Assembly: GCA_963924565.1 (NCBI GenBank)
Contig: OZ004610.1
Span: forward strand, 930,001-994,000
DNA length: 64,000 nt
Reading direction: 5' to 3'
DNA from: Ascidiella aspersa
Lineage: Eukaryota
A program made the translations under genes and the position numbers. The notes beneath the pieces are model-generated. The model did not search any database. It had not been told where the DNA came from and saw only the letters and a list, made by a program, of their open reading frames with translations. Within the stretch, counting starts at the first letter, position 1; each line of letters opens with the position of its first letter. Of the stretch, positions 54,101-64,000 are shown piece after piece.

Positions 54101-55642
54101 CTGATAAATCACTTGCGAGCCTAGTGGTCGCACATTCCAACGGTCGTTAGTTCGAATCTCGCTCAAGTTTTTTTTGTGGTAGTGTTTGTATATCGTACAA
54201 AAGTTACCTTATAGCTAAACTAATGTAATAGCTGAGTAAAAATAAATTGTTGGTCGCTGATTGCCACGTTCTTGAGTTCAAGTCTCACCCAAGCTAATTA
54301 ATGTTCAGAATGTGGAGCATTGGGCGCATATATCAGTGTTTTAAACAAGTTATTTTTAAATGACTTTTCAAGTCAAATCTTTTGCAATTTATCAAGTCAA
54401 GTCCCAGTTCAAGTTATTAGAGCCAGCTTCAAATCAAGTCATTGGCATAAAATGAAACTTTAAACTATTACAATAAATAAACTTGTCCGATTTTGAGCCG
54501 TAACTCAACTAAAAAAATAACAAAAACACAACACAAAGCATGAGCAGCTCGACTTGATGGCCGTTAAGGTCCTTTTACTGTCCTTGTGTTTTTCTGTATT
54601 TTTTTTAATGTTTGCAAAGAAGCACAGAAATCAATTGAATCTGAATCTGACAGGCAAATTATTTTATTTAAAAATGGAGATAAAGGCCAAATGTAATTAA
54701 AAATATTTGATTGAAACACTTAATTTTAATCCAAGTCATTTGACAAAATTACTTGAGTCCAAGTCAAGTCATTTGAATACAGTGACTTAAGTACACATAT
54801 GTTAATCGAATTAGGTCATTTTAACAACGGCATATTCCCACGCCTATGTGTTCGAATCCTGCAACCTTATATTTTTTCTGTATTTGTGTACTTTTTATAG
54901 GTGAACGGATGTACCGGCGAATTGGTGGAGAGTGAGTTGTGTCCTGCCCTGAAAAGTTGCATTGAGAACCCTTCAGCTTGGGGAGAATGGACTGAACATC
55001 TTTCATGTTCCAAGACTTGCGACGGCGGTAAACGATGGAGGTATTACCTTTTATTCAGTGGTTCTTCAATGAACAACTGTATGTACGTTATAAGACGTGG
55101 TATGTACTAAAGCAAGGGTTCTCTACCGGGGTGCCATTTCTAACGCTCAAGGGTGCCGAGAGATCTTTAAGAATCTTTTTGCTCAACTCTTACAACTTTT
55201 TGTGTAAGATTAAAGTGGAATAAATCTATTTATAACTTCCTACGTTATGTAGAGCAGATGGGTTTTTGTTCCAGTTCCGTTTATTGTGACATTCTAGTGA
55301 TTTAACTACGAAAACAATCTTGTAGGGGTGCCGGAATCTATTAATTATTTCTGAGGGGTGCCGCAAGCCATAAAATATTGAGAACCACTGTACTAAAGTG
55401 ACGGTCCCGGTTCGACATATCCAAATTTAGGTGTTTAAAAAAGTTTTTGAATGTCTTTAAATTTTATTTAATAAAACTATTTGGCTGCTATGTTGAAACA
55501 TCCTTACTAATATTGTCTTTTGTTTATTACGTCAATAATAGAGTTCGCAAATGCTTGGAATCTGAAGTGGAAGACAGGAAATGCATCGGTGATTACTTCC
55601 TCATCCTGGATTGCAACACTCAGCCATGCTCCGACTCTAAAG
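48163..55642 (+). CDS. Type II membrane astacin-family (M12A) protein with antistasin-like Cys motif, Thr-rich linker and two TSP1 repeats (Tast-like); predicted catalytically inactive
   Basis: Exons 48163-48196, 48284-48418 (basic tail plus TM segment), 49385-49480, 50245-50411 (CDLPCPFGY..CDC; YEGDI prodomain motif), 50976-51111 (KWP..VPIPY), 51856-51985 (TCIDFIP), 52240-52412 (HQFLHLLGFFHEH..RDNYI), 52748-52891 (YDINSIMHF), 53507-53581 (SDVLEVNRLYAC), 53645-53946 (WSKWTEYSHCWQTCG), 54901-55040 (WGEWTEHLSCSKTCDGG), 55542-55642 (CNTQPC). All phases are compatible. The 3' end is either read-through to a stop at 55656 or further exons past the retrotransposon. Confidence 0.92.
48820..49100 (-). 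mobile_element. Possible decayed CR1/L2-type LINE ORF2 3' remnant
   Basis: Translation LFNIHVKEMVPAHL...YVAYK...LQKRF loosely resembles the LINE RT C-terminal tail; weak. Confidence 0.25.
49584..49880. repeat. Degenerate local tandem duplication
   Basis: Two copies of TATTTGGTCACTAAA..CCCAAAAGGTTTT and of CTAGATATCAT..ATAAATTGTTTTAA. Confidence 0.65.
54111..54169 (+). repeat. tRNA-derived SINE-like fragment
   Basis: A-box-like CCTAGTGG, B-box GTTCGAATC and ACTTG/CAAGT terminal pairing; too short and degenerate for a tRNA gene. Confidence 0.35.
55113..55390. mobile_element. Non-autonomous hAT (Charlie-like) MITE, 278 bp
   Basis: Imperfect TIR CAAGGGTTCTC/GAGAACCACTG, perfect 8-bp TSD TACTAAAG (55105-55112, 55391-55398), internal GGGGTGCC motifs. 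Confidence 0.88.
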
Positions 55643-55914
55643 GTGAACATGTGTAGCTAGCAGTGTTGTAATGAATTAAGTCAATGCGCTACAATGCAGT
55701 TAAGTCACTGTATTCAAATTACTTGACTTGACCTGAGTCTTTTGACTCTAATGACTTGCCTTAACGTAGACTACGCAAGCTTAGGAATACCACCCACAAA
55801 CTTGCCAAAAAGCGAGGGGAACAAATCTTACAAATCGTAACAATCTTACGCCTAAGTTCGTAAGGTTCATTGAGTACTTCGGTATAAATTAAAATATTAA
55901 TTTTAGGGATGACA

Positions 55915-56118
55915 CGCAAAATTGTGAAGCGTTCCTTATTTTGAAAAAAAAAATATTAATTTTACGTCGAACTACAACATCCAGCCATATCTTGGGATTT
56001 ATTTCAAACGTTTACAAAATGCTACCTACTTAAAACTTCTACTTTGAACTGATGAATCATGGTTGTGCGGAAGATTGCCAACATTTCAGTATAAATTATT
56101 GGTAAACAGTTCCACCTG
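55915..56118 (+). mobile_element. Decayed Penelope-like element 3' remnant
   Basis: Frameshifted RKIVEAFLI (GIY-YIG C-terminal-like) followed by a degenerate copy of the 44771-44840 hammerhead-containing sequence. Confidence 0.45.
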
Positions 56119-56199
56119 ATTTTCCAAATATAAAATAATCAACATTTAATGCGCAGCCAATTTGCTTGCTTAGCCAAGACCCTGTTTGTTAATATTACG

Positions 56200-56678
56200 T
56201 GTTAGTTTTTTGCCTCTCGCTATTGCTCCATTTCTCGCTTTTGCGCGCGCATAATGGCGCGACGCATCGCATACGCACACTCACTTAATTAGGCGTGGTA
56301 GTGCGCGCCTCTCACGTAAAGAATGCAACTAGCTTCTAGCCTTTGGGGCCAATTTAGTTGATATATAAAGCTTTTGTTTTGCGGTGCTTGGTGCAGTCAC
56401 CACCAGCATCATTACTGAAGACACTATACACGCCAGACATCAAACTTTGGTATGTTTTATTTCGTAACCTTTTTTGTTTGTCTATGAAGTATTGAGCGCT
56501 AACAATTTCCTCTTTCGCCTTACAGAAAACCTGCACCGATTTCTCTACTGTTTTGATTTGTACGTGCGAAAATTGTACGTTCGCTATTGTCCTTGTAGAC
56601 GCAAGTAATAATAGAAAGAAGTGCTGAGTATTGCAAAGCTTGATTTCTACAAAAGTTTTCAAAGTCTCCCGTCTTACA
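56200..56678 (+). repeat. 5' LTR (~479 bp)
   Basis: TGTTAG...CTTACA termini followed by a 2-nt spacer and TGG; the first 290 bp match 63711-64000; the 3' boundary is inferred. Confidence 0.85.
56362..56369 (+). promoter_or_regulatory. LTR TATA box
   Basis: TATATAAA with initiator-like GCAGTC ~30 bp downstream. Confidence 0.6.
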
Positions 56679-56687
56679 GCTGGTGAG

Positions 56688-57123
56688 GTTGTCCCGTTGC
56701 ACTGAAGTGCAGCGTACGAAGTACCGTCGCTCGGCAATAAGTGCCTGCGACTCCTGTTGTCCCGTTGCACCACAGTGCAGCGTACGAAGTACCGTCGCTC
56801 GGCAATAAGTGCCTGCGACTCCTGTTGTCCCGTTGCACCGAAGTGCAGCGTACGAAGTACCGTCGCTCGGCAATAAGTGCCTGCGACTCCTGTTGTTCCG
56901 TTGCACCGAAGCGCAGCGTACGAACTACCGTCGCTCGGCAAGAAGTGCCAGCGACTCCTGTTGTCCCGTTGCACCGCAGTGCAGCGTACGAAGTACCGTC
57001 GCTCGGCAAGAAGTGCCAGCGGCTCCTGTTGTCCCGTTGCACCGCAGTGCACCGTACGAAGTACCGTCGCTCGGCAAGAAGTGCCAGCGGCTCCTGTTGT
57101 CCCGTTGCACCAAAGTGCAGCGT
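56688..57123 (+). repeat. 68-bp tandem array, ~6.4 copies, in the retrotransposon leader
   Basis: Units start at 56688, 56756, 56824, 56892, 56960, 57028, 57096. Confidence 0.97.
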
Positions 57124-57271
57124 CAGTGCTTTCGACACGCTCAAGTTCAGCACGTTGTGCCGTTTGCGCTCTTTGTTTCCGTTGTAGTAAAGCACAACGT
57201 CCGTCGTCTTGTGTCACCACGCATCGTGCCTGCAGGGCTCTGCTTAATTTCCTGCAGCATTAAGTTTTTCA

Positions 57272-60200
57272 TTGCACGCTCTGACCCGAGGCTTCTCCAT
57301 TGTTACCCGAAGTACAGCACATTGCGCATACACCGTGGATGCCATTATTGTCGCATGGCAAGCGCTAAACCGATTGTACGTAGACGTCGAAAGTGAGATG
57401 AAGCAAGCTGAAGGTCGCCCTACAGTCATCTCGTTGTTACCGGATGTCAACGCCCAATACCTTCACCTTATGTCTCTATGTGGCAATATCCTCGACAACC
57501 AAGTCGTGCCAGGATCCAGCTCTACGAAAGCACAGTGTATTATTGGCTACACTGAATTTCAAAAGCACGTGCAAGAGTGGCTTGACCTCGTGAGAAGTTC
57601 TTCCGCAGGCCCATTGCATACGCCGCTGCCTGACAGCCCCGCTGATGATGCAGCTCGTCGTTCAGTCCGAGGAAGCATCACAACAAGACCATCGTCGAGG
57701 CAAAGCAGCACTCGACAGCGGGAGAGCCGAAAAAGGTTGGAATTGGCACGCCTTACTAGAGTACACGAAGAGGAACGTCTCGCGTCGCAAAAGCAAGCCG
57801 CCGAGAGACAACTTCAGCGACAGGCAGAAGAAGCAAAGGAAGAGGCTCAACGTCGGGTAGAAGAGGCGAAAAGAGCGGCTGAGCGGAAGACCCAACGTGA
57901 ACGAGAGGCATTGGAGCTTGAGTTTCAAAAAAGTTTACGCGAGACTCGTCATCGCCACGAGCTATCGGAGCTAGAAGCTGCCTGCGACGAGGAGGAATCG
58001 AACTGCGGCTCTAGTCGTCGAAGAGGGCTCTCTCTCTGTAACTATTCGGATTCCATAAATCCGATTAACCCTCGAGTGTCAAGAAAAGAAGAAGCTGCGG
58101 AGTCCAACTGTGGTTCAACTCGCCGAAGAGGGCTCTTGCAACGCAACTTTTCAGGTTCTATAACTCCGCTTCTTCCCGCAATCGAGTTTCCGCACATATC
58201 TTCTACTCCCAGATTGAGCGGTCCGGCTAGTCTTGGCCATGTCCCCCGTTCAACTCTTTCTGCTTCCGTTGCAATTACGACGTCAGAACGGTCGACAGTT
58301 CCAGTTTTCACTACAACAAGCCACGCACCGGATTTCCGCAACGTTACCCAACGCTCGACCAGATTTCACCCGACCGTCGACACTTTTCGTTATAGTCCTA
58401 CGAATGAACCCCGAAACCTTCAAAACCCCTCGAAAAGCTTGTACAATACGGGGTCACGCCCACGTGATCACACGAATCATTGTTGCAGAGGTGAAGTGGG
58501 CGAACGCTTTCTACCGAAACCTATAGTGGAGAAGTTCGACGGCGATCCGATGGACTATTGGAGCTTCATCAATCGATACACCATACATATTGGCAGGAAG
58601 GTCGATTCGTTTGACTTGAAGCTCAACTACCTTCTGCAGCACTGCCAAAAACATGTTTGCGATAAGGTAAAGCATCATGCTGTAAACCGGAATCCGCAGG
58701 ATGCTTTCGAAAGTACTCTACAAGATTTATACAACCGCTACGGGCAGCCGCACATAGTAGCTCGTCGCTGTGAAAGCCTTCTAAACGAACAACGAAAGCT
58801 AGCTGCTAACGATGCCGAAGGTCTAGAGAGATTCGCCGTCCTTCTAACGAACTGCTGCGCAGCTCTTGAGCAAATACGCGGCGCCTCTACAGTCGATTCT
58901 GTTGGCTTTATAACGGCCATAGCGGCAAAATTGCCAACTAAATTGAGGGACCGTTGGGTGACTTTCTCTACAAGTACAAGATACAGCCGGTCGAGTTGCA
59001 GCGTTTTCAGACTTTTCCGAATTCGTCAACCTTCAGAGTAAGGAGGCCAACTCAACTTACGGAAGAAGTTTTTTGGCGGATCAATACAACAAAGATGTAG
59101 CCCCGCATGGCAACAAAGCTGCCACCTCCAAGTCTAAGCGACAATTTGCTACAACTTACACCACCGTCGTCGCACCAACTTCTACTGAGAGCGAGGCTGT
59201 TCGACAATGTCCACTTTGTGAAAAATCCCATCGCCTGGTGAATTGCGAATAATTTCGTAGAAAGGCCATCTCCGACCGAAAAGAGTACTTGCGAACTGCA
59301 TTTCGCTGCTACAGATGCTTGCGCCACGGCCATACTGTTCGAAACTGTCGCAGTGACGTCACTTGCAGACAAAGTGGCTGTAGAAGCCGTTTTCATCATT
59401 TTTTGTTGCATTTCGTCAAGACTGAACGTCCCAATATCACAGAAAAGACCGCAGCTCGTCAAAGCTCTGCACGAAGTAACTGCCTACATTCTTTATCGAA
59501 GGATGCGAATACGAAGCAACTTTCTGCTTATCTAGACATGGTTCCAATATGCGTTCGTTATGAAGAAAAAGAAGTTCAAACTTATGCGCTGTTAGACTCC
59601 GGTTCTAACACGACGTTTTGCGAACGAAAGTTGGCCAGCTTACTGAACGCTACATCTACTGAAAGGTCAACAAGCATCCACCTAAGCACGTTGGGTTCCG
59701 CAAAGCGGGAAGTCAATACAGCGTCTATATCGCTATCAATACGCCCCTTGGAAGGCAGTGGGGAGATCTTCTTACCGGATGTGTTGCTCATCGACCAAAT
59801 CCCCGCAAAGCCAACTGTTGCCCCACCTCAATACGAATTGGATCGGCATGAATACCTCCGCGGTGTTAATTTGCCATGCATTACTGGCGGGTCGGTAATG
59901 CTACTGATCGGCAACGACAACGCCCTTGCTCATCGTTGCCTGGAGAGTCGTTTCGCACCAAACCCTCGTTATCTTCCAGACGCTATCAAGACACCCTTAG
60001 GATGGCTATTAAAGGGACCTTCACTCGCAACTCGATCAACCGAGGATAGCGCTAACTTCCTGTTAAGAACATCGGGTATACCACGAGAGGTAGACGAACT
60101 TGCAAGCGCTATTGTCAATGACGAGGGAGAAGTTATTCCCTCTCCACACGAAACTGACGTAACGCACGTGGATTCTCTCATGCGCTGGATAAGTAACCAC

Positions 60201-63200
60201 AAGGAAGCGGCCGAATTCGGTTTACAGTATTCCAGAGAAGACGTTGTAGCTTACAACATGATGTCTAGACTGGTGGAACTTGTAAACGGCCATTTCCAGC
60301 TCCCTCTTCCATGGAAGAACGACTCCGCAATCCTCCCCGACAGTATACAGATGGCACGTCAACGATTGACAAGTTTAAAGAAACGCTTATCAAACGACGC
60401 AAGGCTTCGCCAACAATACATCGAACAAATAAAGTGTCTACTCGATAAAGGATATGCAGAAGAAGTACCCTCCGATCAGAGTGATACAACGAGTCGCACT
60501 TGGTATTTACCGCACCATCCAGTCATAAATCCACAGAAGCCGGACAAGGTTCGAGTCGTCTTCGACTGCGCTGCAAGATGCCAGGGAATCGCCATCAACG
60601 ATATGCTAATGAAAGGTCCTGATTTAGTGAACTCACTGGTTGGTGTACTGATGAGATTTCGGAAAGGCCGAATTGCAATAGTGGCAGACATAGAGGCCAT
60701 GTTTCATCAGGTACTTGTCGAGCCTCGAGACCGTGACGCTCTGCGGTTCCTTTGGTGGCCAGGAGGAGATATGTCCAAAACGCCCTTCCCACATCGCATG
60801 ACCGTCCATATTTTCGGCGCCCGGTCTTCTCCCAGCTGTGCAACATTTTGCTTGCGCCAAACCGCCAAACAGTTCGGCAAATTATTTCACCCTGGAGTTG
60901 CGCAAACCGTATTGAAGGGTTTTTACGTAGACGACTGCCTTGCCACAGCACACGACTCGACTACAGGAGTCCAACTAGTAAAAGACTTACGAAAGCTACT
61001 TGCTAAAGGCGGATTTAAACTGACAAAATGGTTGTCAACAAGTGATGACGTCATGGAATCCGTTCCCGTTGAAGAAAGGGCAAAGGCTGTACAGGAAGTA
61101 AAACTGGGCGAAGCAACGCAGCAGCGTGTATTGGGAATAATATGGAACGTAAAGGCCGATGAGTTTCAGTTCGAAATCAGCTTCCCCGAACAACCTCTAA
61201 CACGCCGTGTCATGTTGTCCATCACGAACTCCTTATTTGACCCGTTGGGGTTCGTAGCGCCGGTCATACTCGAAGCAAGGCTGATCTATAGAGACCTCTG
61301 CCATAAGAAGGTAGATTGGGACGAACCAATAACAGGCTCCGAAGAACAGCGATGGAATACATGGCGCCACAGCCTACGTCATCTTCATGACGTAAGGGTT
61401 CCTCGTTGCTTCGAAGCATTGAATATCCGTCCTTGGACAGGAACTCAACTTCACTTTTTCGCTGACGCTTCCAATTCTGCACGTGGCGCAGTCTGCTACT
61501 TACGAAAGTTTAATGAACAAGGTGACGTCAAATGTTCACTCGTTATGGGAAAGTCCTTGTTGTCGGGTGCTGGAAAACACACTATTCCAAGACTGGAATT
61601 GGAGGCTGCACTGGATGCCGTAAAGCTATCCCGCCGTATCCAGGAAGAATTGGAAATCCACGATTGTCCATGTATCTTTTGGACAGATTCCTCAATTGTA
61701 CTTCAATCGTTAAGAGCAGAAACCAAGAATTTTCCGACATTTGCACGAAACCGTCTATCGCAAATCCTCGAACATACGAAATCCTACGACTGGATGCATG
61801 TTCCAACCGAATTAAATCCGGCCGATCAAGCTTCACGAGGAATGTGCGCCCAAGCTCTGGTAAAGTCTGGAATGTGGTTCAACGGTCCGCCTTTCCTACA
61901 GCTTTCTCCCGACAATTGGCCGAACCGTTTTGCCCAACCACCGACCGCTTCCCCGCAATATAAAAGCTTCAACCTCGATAAGACACCAAAGCAAGTGTTC
62001 CTGTGTACGTCCGACGTCCCGGCTACCGATCGCATAATCTTACACTTTTCTTCGCTCTACCGTCTGAAGGTTGCCGCAGCGTGGTTCTTACGAGTGAAAT
62101 CATTTCTATTGTCCCGAAAACGAAACGAACCCGAAGCCAGCCTTGATTGCTCACCCCTTCCTGTTGAAGAGTTACAGAGAGCAGAAGAAGCTCTAGTGAA
62201 ATATGTACAACACGAAAACTTCCCGCAGTGGATGAAGTCCGCGGTGCCTAGACTAATGGGAAAGCCCACGCCTCTCTACAAACTTAACCCAAAATTGATA
62301 AACGGGGTATTACGTGTAGGAGGAAGGCTGCAAAAAGCACAAATTCCCTTCGATTCCAGACACCCAGCAATTCTCCCACAGCTTTCGCGTCTCACATACC
62401 TCATCATCGACCACGCACATCGAAACATAACCGGTCACTCTGGCGCCAATCACACGCTGAATGCTTTGTGCCAATACTACTGGATCTTGAACGCCAGAGT
62501 AGAAGTCAGTCGCGTCATACGCGAGTGTTTGTTTTGCATGAGAAGAGGTGCCAAACCAGGGGAGCAGTTGATGGCCGACTTGCCCACTGCTAGACTTCAA
62601 ATCCGACAGCCACCTTTCTCCCATACCGGAGTAGACTACTTCGGACCGTTCAAAGTTAAACATCGAAGAAGTACTTTGAAACGATACGGATGTATCTTTA
62701 CGTGCATGACCACTCGTGCAATACATTTGGAAGTCGCCCAGACCTCACTACGGACTCTCTTATCAACGCGATGAGGCGCTTCATTTCCAGACGAGGTCCA
62801 GTCACCAACATATATTCCGATAACGGAACTAACCTGGTGGGAGGAGAAAGAGAACTGCGTGAAGCAATACGAGAATGGAATCTGGTTCACGTACAGACCT
62901 TCTTCAGGCAACGTGAGATTAATTGGCACTTCAATCCTCCGAGCGCTAGTCATTTTGGAGGCGCTTGGGAGCGTATGATTCGATCGGTACGCCGAGTTCT
63001 ATTGGCAGTGGCGTCCGACAAGCAACTTGACGACGACGCAATACACACACTGTTCATAGAAGTTGAAGATGTCGTGAACTCCCGCCCATTGACGAAAGTT
63101 CCATTGGAAGCCGGAGAAGACCTTCCTCTTACTCCAAATCACTTGCTGAAGATTAACCCTGCGATCAGCCTTCCCCCGCTCGTCACCGATGCAAGCGACT

Positions 63201-63523
63201 GCTACACCCGACAACGCTACCGACTTACACAGTACGCCGCCGACGCATTTTGGAGGCGCTGGGTAATCGAGTATCCGCGTACTATAATTGCAAGAGGAAA
63301 GTGGCTAGACAGAAACGAAAACTTACGACCGAACGACATCGTTCTAATAATGGACCACTCCACTCCTCGTGGTCGTTGGCCTTTGGGCCGTATCGTTAAA
63401 TTGCACCCGGACAAACACGGAGTTGTCCGCAGTGTTGATGTTACCACATCCGGATCAACATTGACCCGACCAATCGCAAAACTTTGCGTCATCTTTCCAG
63501 CAGCCGCAGACGATGACCAGTGA
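57272..63523 (+). pseudogene. BEL/Pao gag-pol polyprotein, disrupted
   Basis: Gag (coiled coil; FDGDPMDYWSF), Zn knuckles CPLC..H..C, CYRC..H..C, C..C..HH..LH, protease LLDSGS, RT YVDD, RNase H FADAS/IPRLEL/WTDS/NPAD, integrase HHCC plus VDYFG/SDNGTN/WERMI. Lesions: frameshift ~58965-58970, TAA at 59250-59252, frameshift ~62737. First in-frame ATG at 57398. Confidence 0.93.
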
Positions 63524-63710
63524 CGGTGATCGGAAACGGTGATCCCCGATGTACATCCATTATCCCTGACGTCCATCCATGCTACTCTTTGAGTAGCAAA
63601 CATCCACGCTACATCCGTAGCAACGAACATTACGCTAGCCGCGAACGGCAAAACTTTGTTTTTGTATAAAAAATATGTTACTTATCGTACCCTATTTTTT
63701 GGGGGGAGTT

Positions 63711-64000
63711 TGTTAGTTTTTTGCCTCTCGCTATTGCTCCATTTCTCGCTTTTGCGCGCGCATAATGGCGCGACGCATCGCATACGCACACTCACTTAAT
63801 TAGGCGTGGTAGTGCGCGCCTCTCACGTAAAGAATGCAACTAGCTTCTAGCCTTTGGGGCCAATTTAGTTGATATATAAAGCTTTTGTTTTGCGGTGCTT
63901 GGTGCAGTCACCACCAGCATCATTACTGAAGACACTATACACGCCAGACATCAAACTTTGGTATGTTTTATTTCGTAACCTTTTTTGTTTGTCTATGAAG
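63711..64000 (+). repeat. 3' LTR (partial)
   Basis: Matches 56200-56489 with no differences seen by eye; preceded by the PPT. Confidence 0.95.

Larger units (their letters stand above)
56200..64000 (+). mobile_element. BEL/Pao LTR retrotransposon, near full length (3' LTR cut by the window end)
   Basis: 5' LTR from TG at 56200, 3' LTR from 63711, PPT GGGGGGAG at 63701-63708; gag-pol with triple Zn knuckle and PR-RT-RH-IN order, diagnostic of BEL/Pao. Confidence 0.97.

Noticed and set aside
54111-54865. tRNA genes suggested by GTTCGAATC B-boxes
   Set aside because: No complete cloverleaf or anticodon arm; more likely SINE remnants
56688-57123. CRISPR-like array next to a reverse transcriptase
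   Set aside because: Units are contiguous near-identical tandem repeats without unique spacers, there are no cas genes, and the context is a eukaryotic LTR element
56354-57396. Long overlapping ORFs on both strands (up to 288 aa)
   Set aside because: By-products of the stop-poor 68-bp repeat; the same peptides cycle through all frames
58961-58980. Programmed gag-pol frameshift
   Set aside because: It lies inside the conserved Gag region, needs +1/-2 and has no slippery heptamer; BEL/Pao elements normally have one ORF
57662-63651. Antisense and alternative-frame ORFs within gag-pol, including a possible env
   Set aside because: Shadow ORFs of GC-richer coding sequence; only ~190 bp separate the pol stop from the 3' LTR, leaving no room for env

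Overview
AT-rich eukaryotic (animal) genomic DNA, most likely an ascidian/tunicate. This is an inference from the gene content: a Tast-like type II astacin-TSP1 gene and an intron-fragmented Eph gene. No prokaryotic genes, CRISPR arrays or rRNA are present, and most ORF-track entries are spurious. Manual GT-AG exon reconstruction gives four spliced genes: (1) the 5' half of an Eph receptor tyrosine kinase (minus, 25529 to <1370, runs off the window); (2) complete COMMD4 (plus, 28615-31544); (3) a calmodulin/centrin-like four-EF-hand protein with long extensions (minus, ~43100-32462); (4) a type II membrane astacin-TSP1 protein whose catalytic motif reads HQxxH and whose Met-turn reads SIMHF, so it is a predicted pseudoprotease (plus, 48163 to >=55642). 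The last 7.8 kb is a BEL/Pao LTR retrotransposon with matching LTRs and three coding lesions. It also has a small intron inside the LTR and a 68-bp tandem array of triple stem-loops directly after an unassignable primer-binding site. Non-autonomous hAT elements with 8-bp TSDs, other MITEs and Penelope-type minimal hammerhead ribozyme motifs lie in the introns and intergenic DNA.
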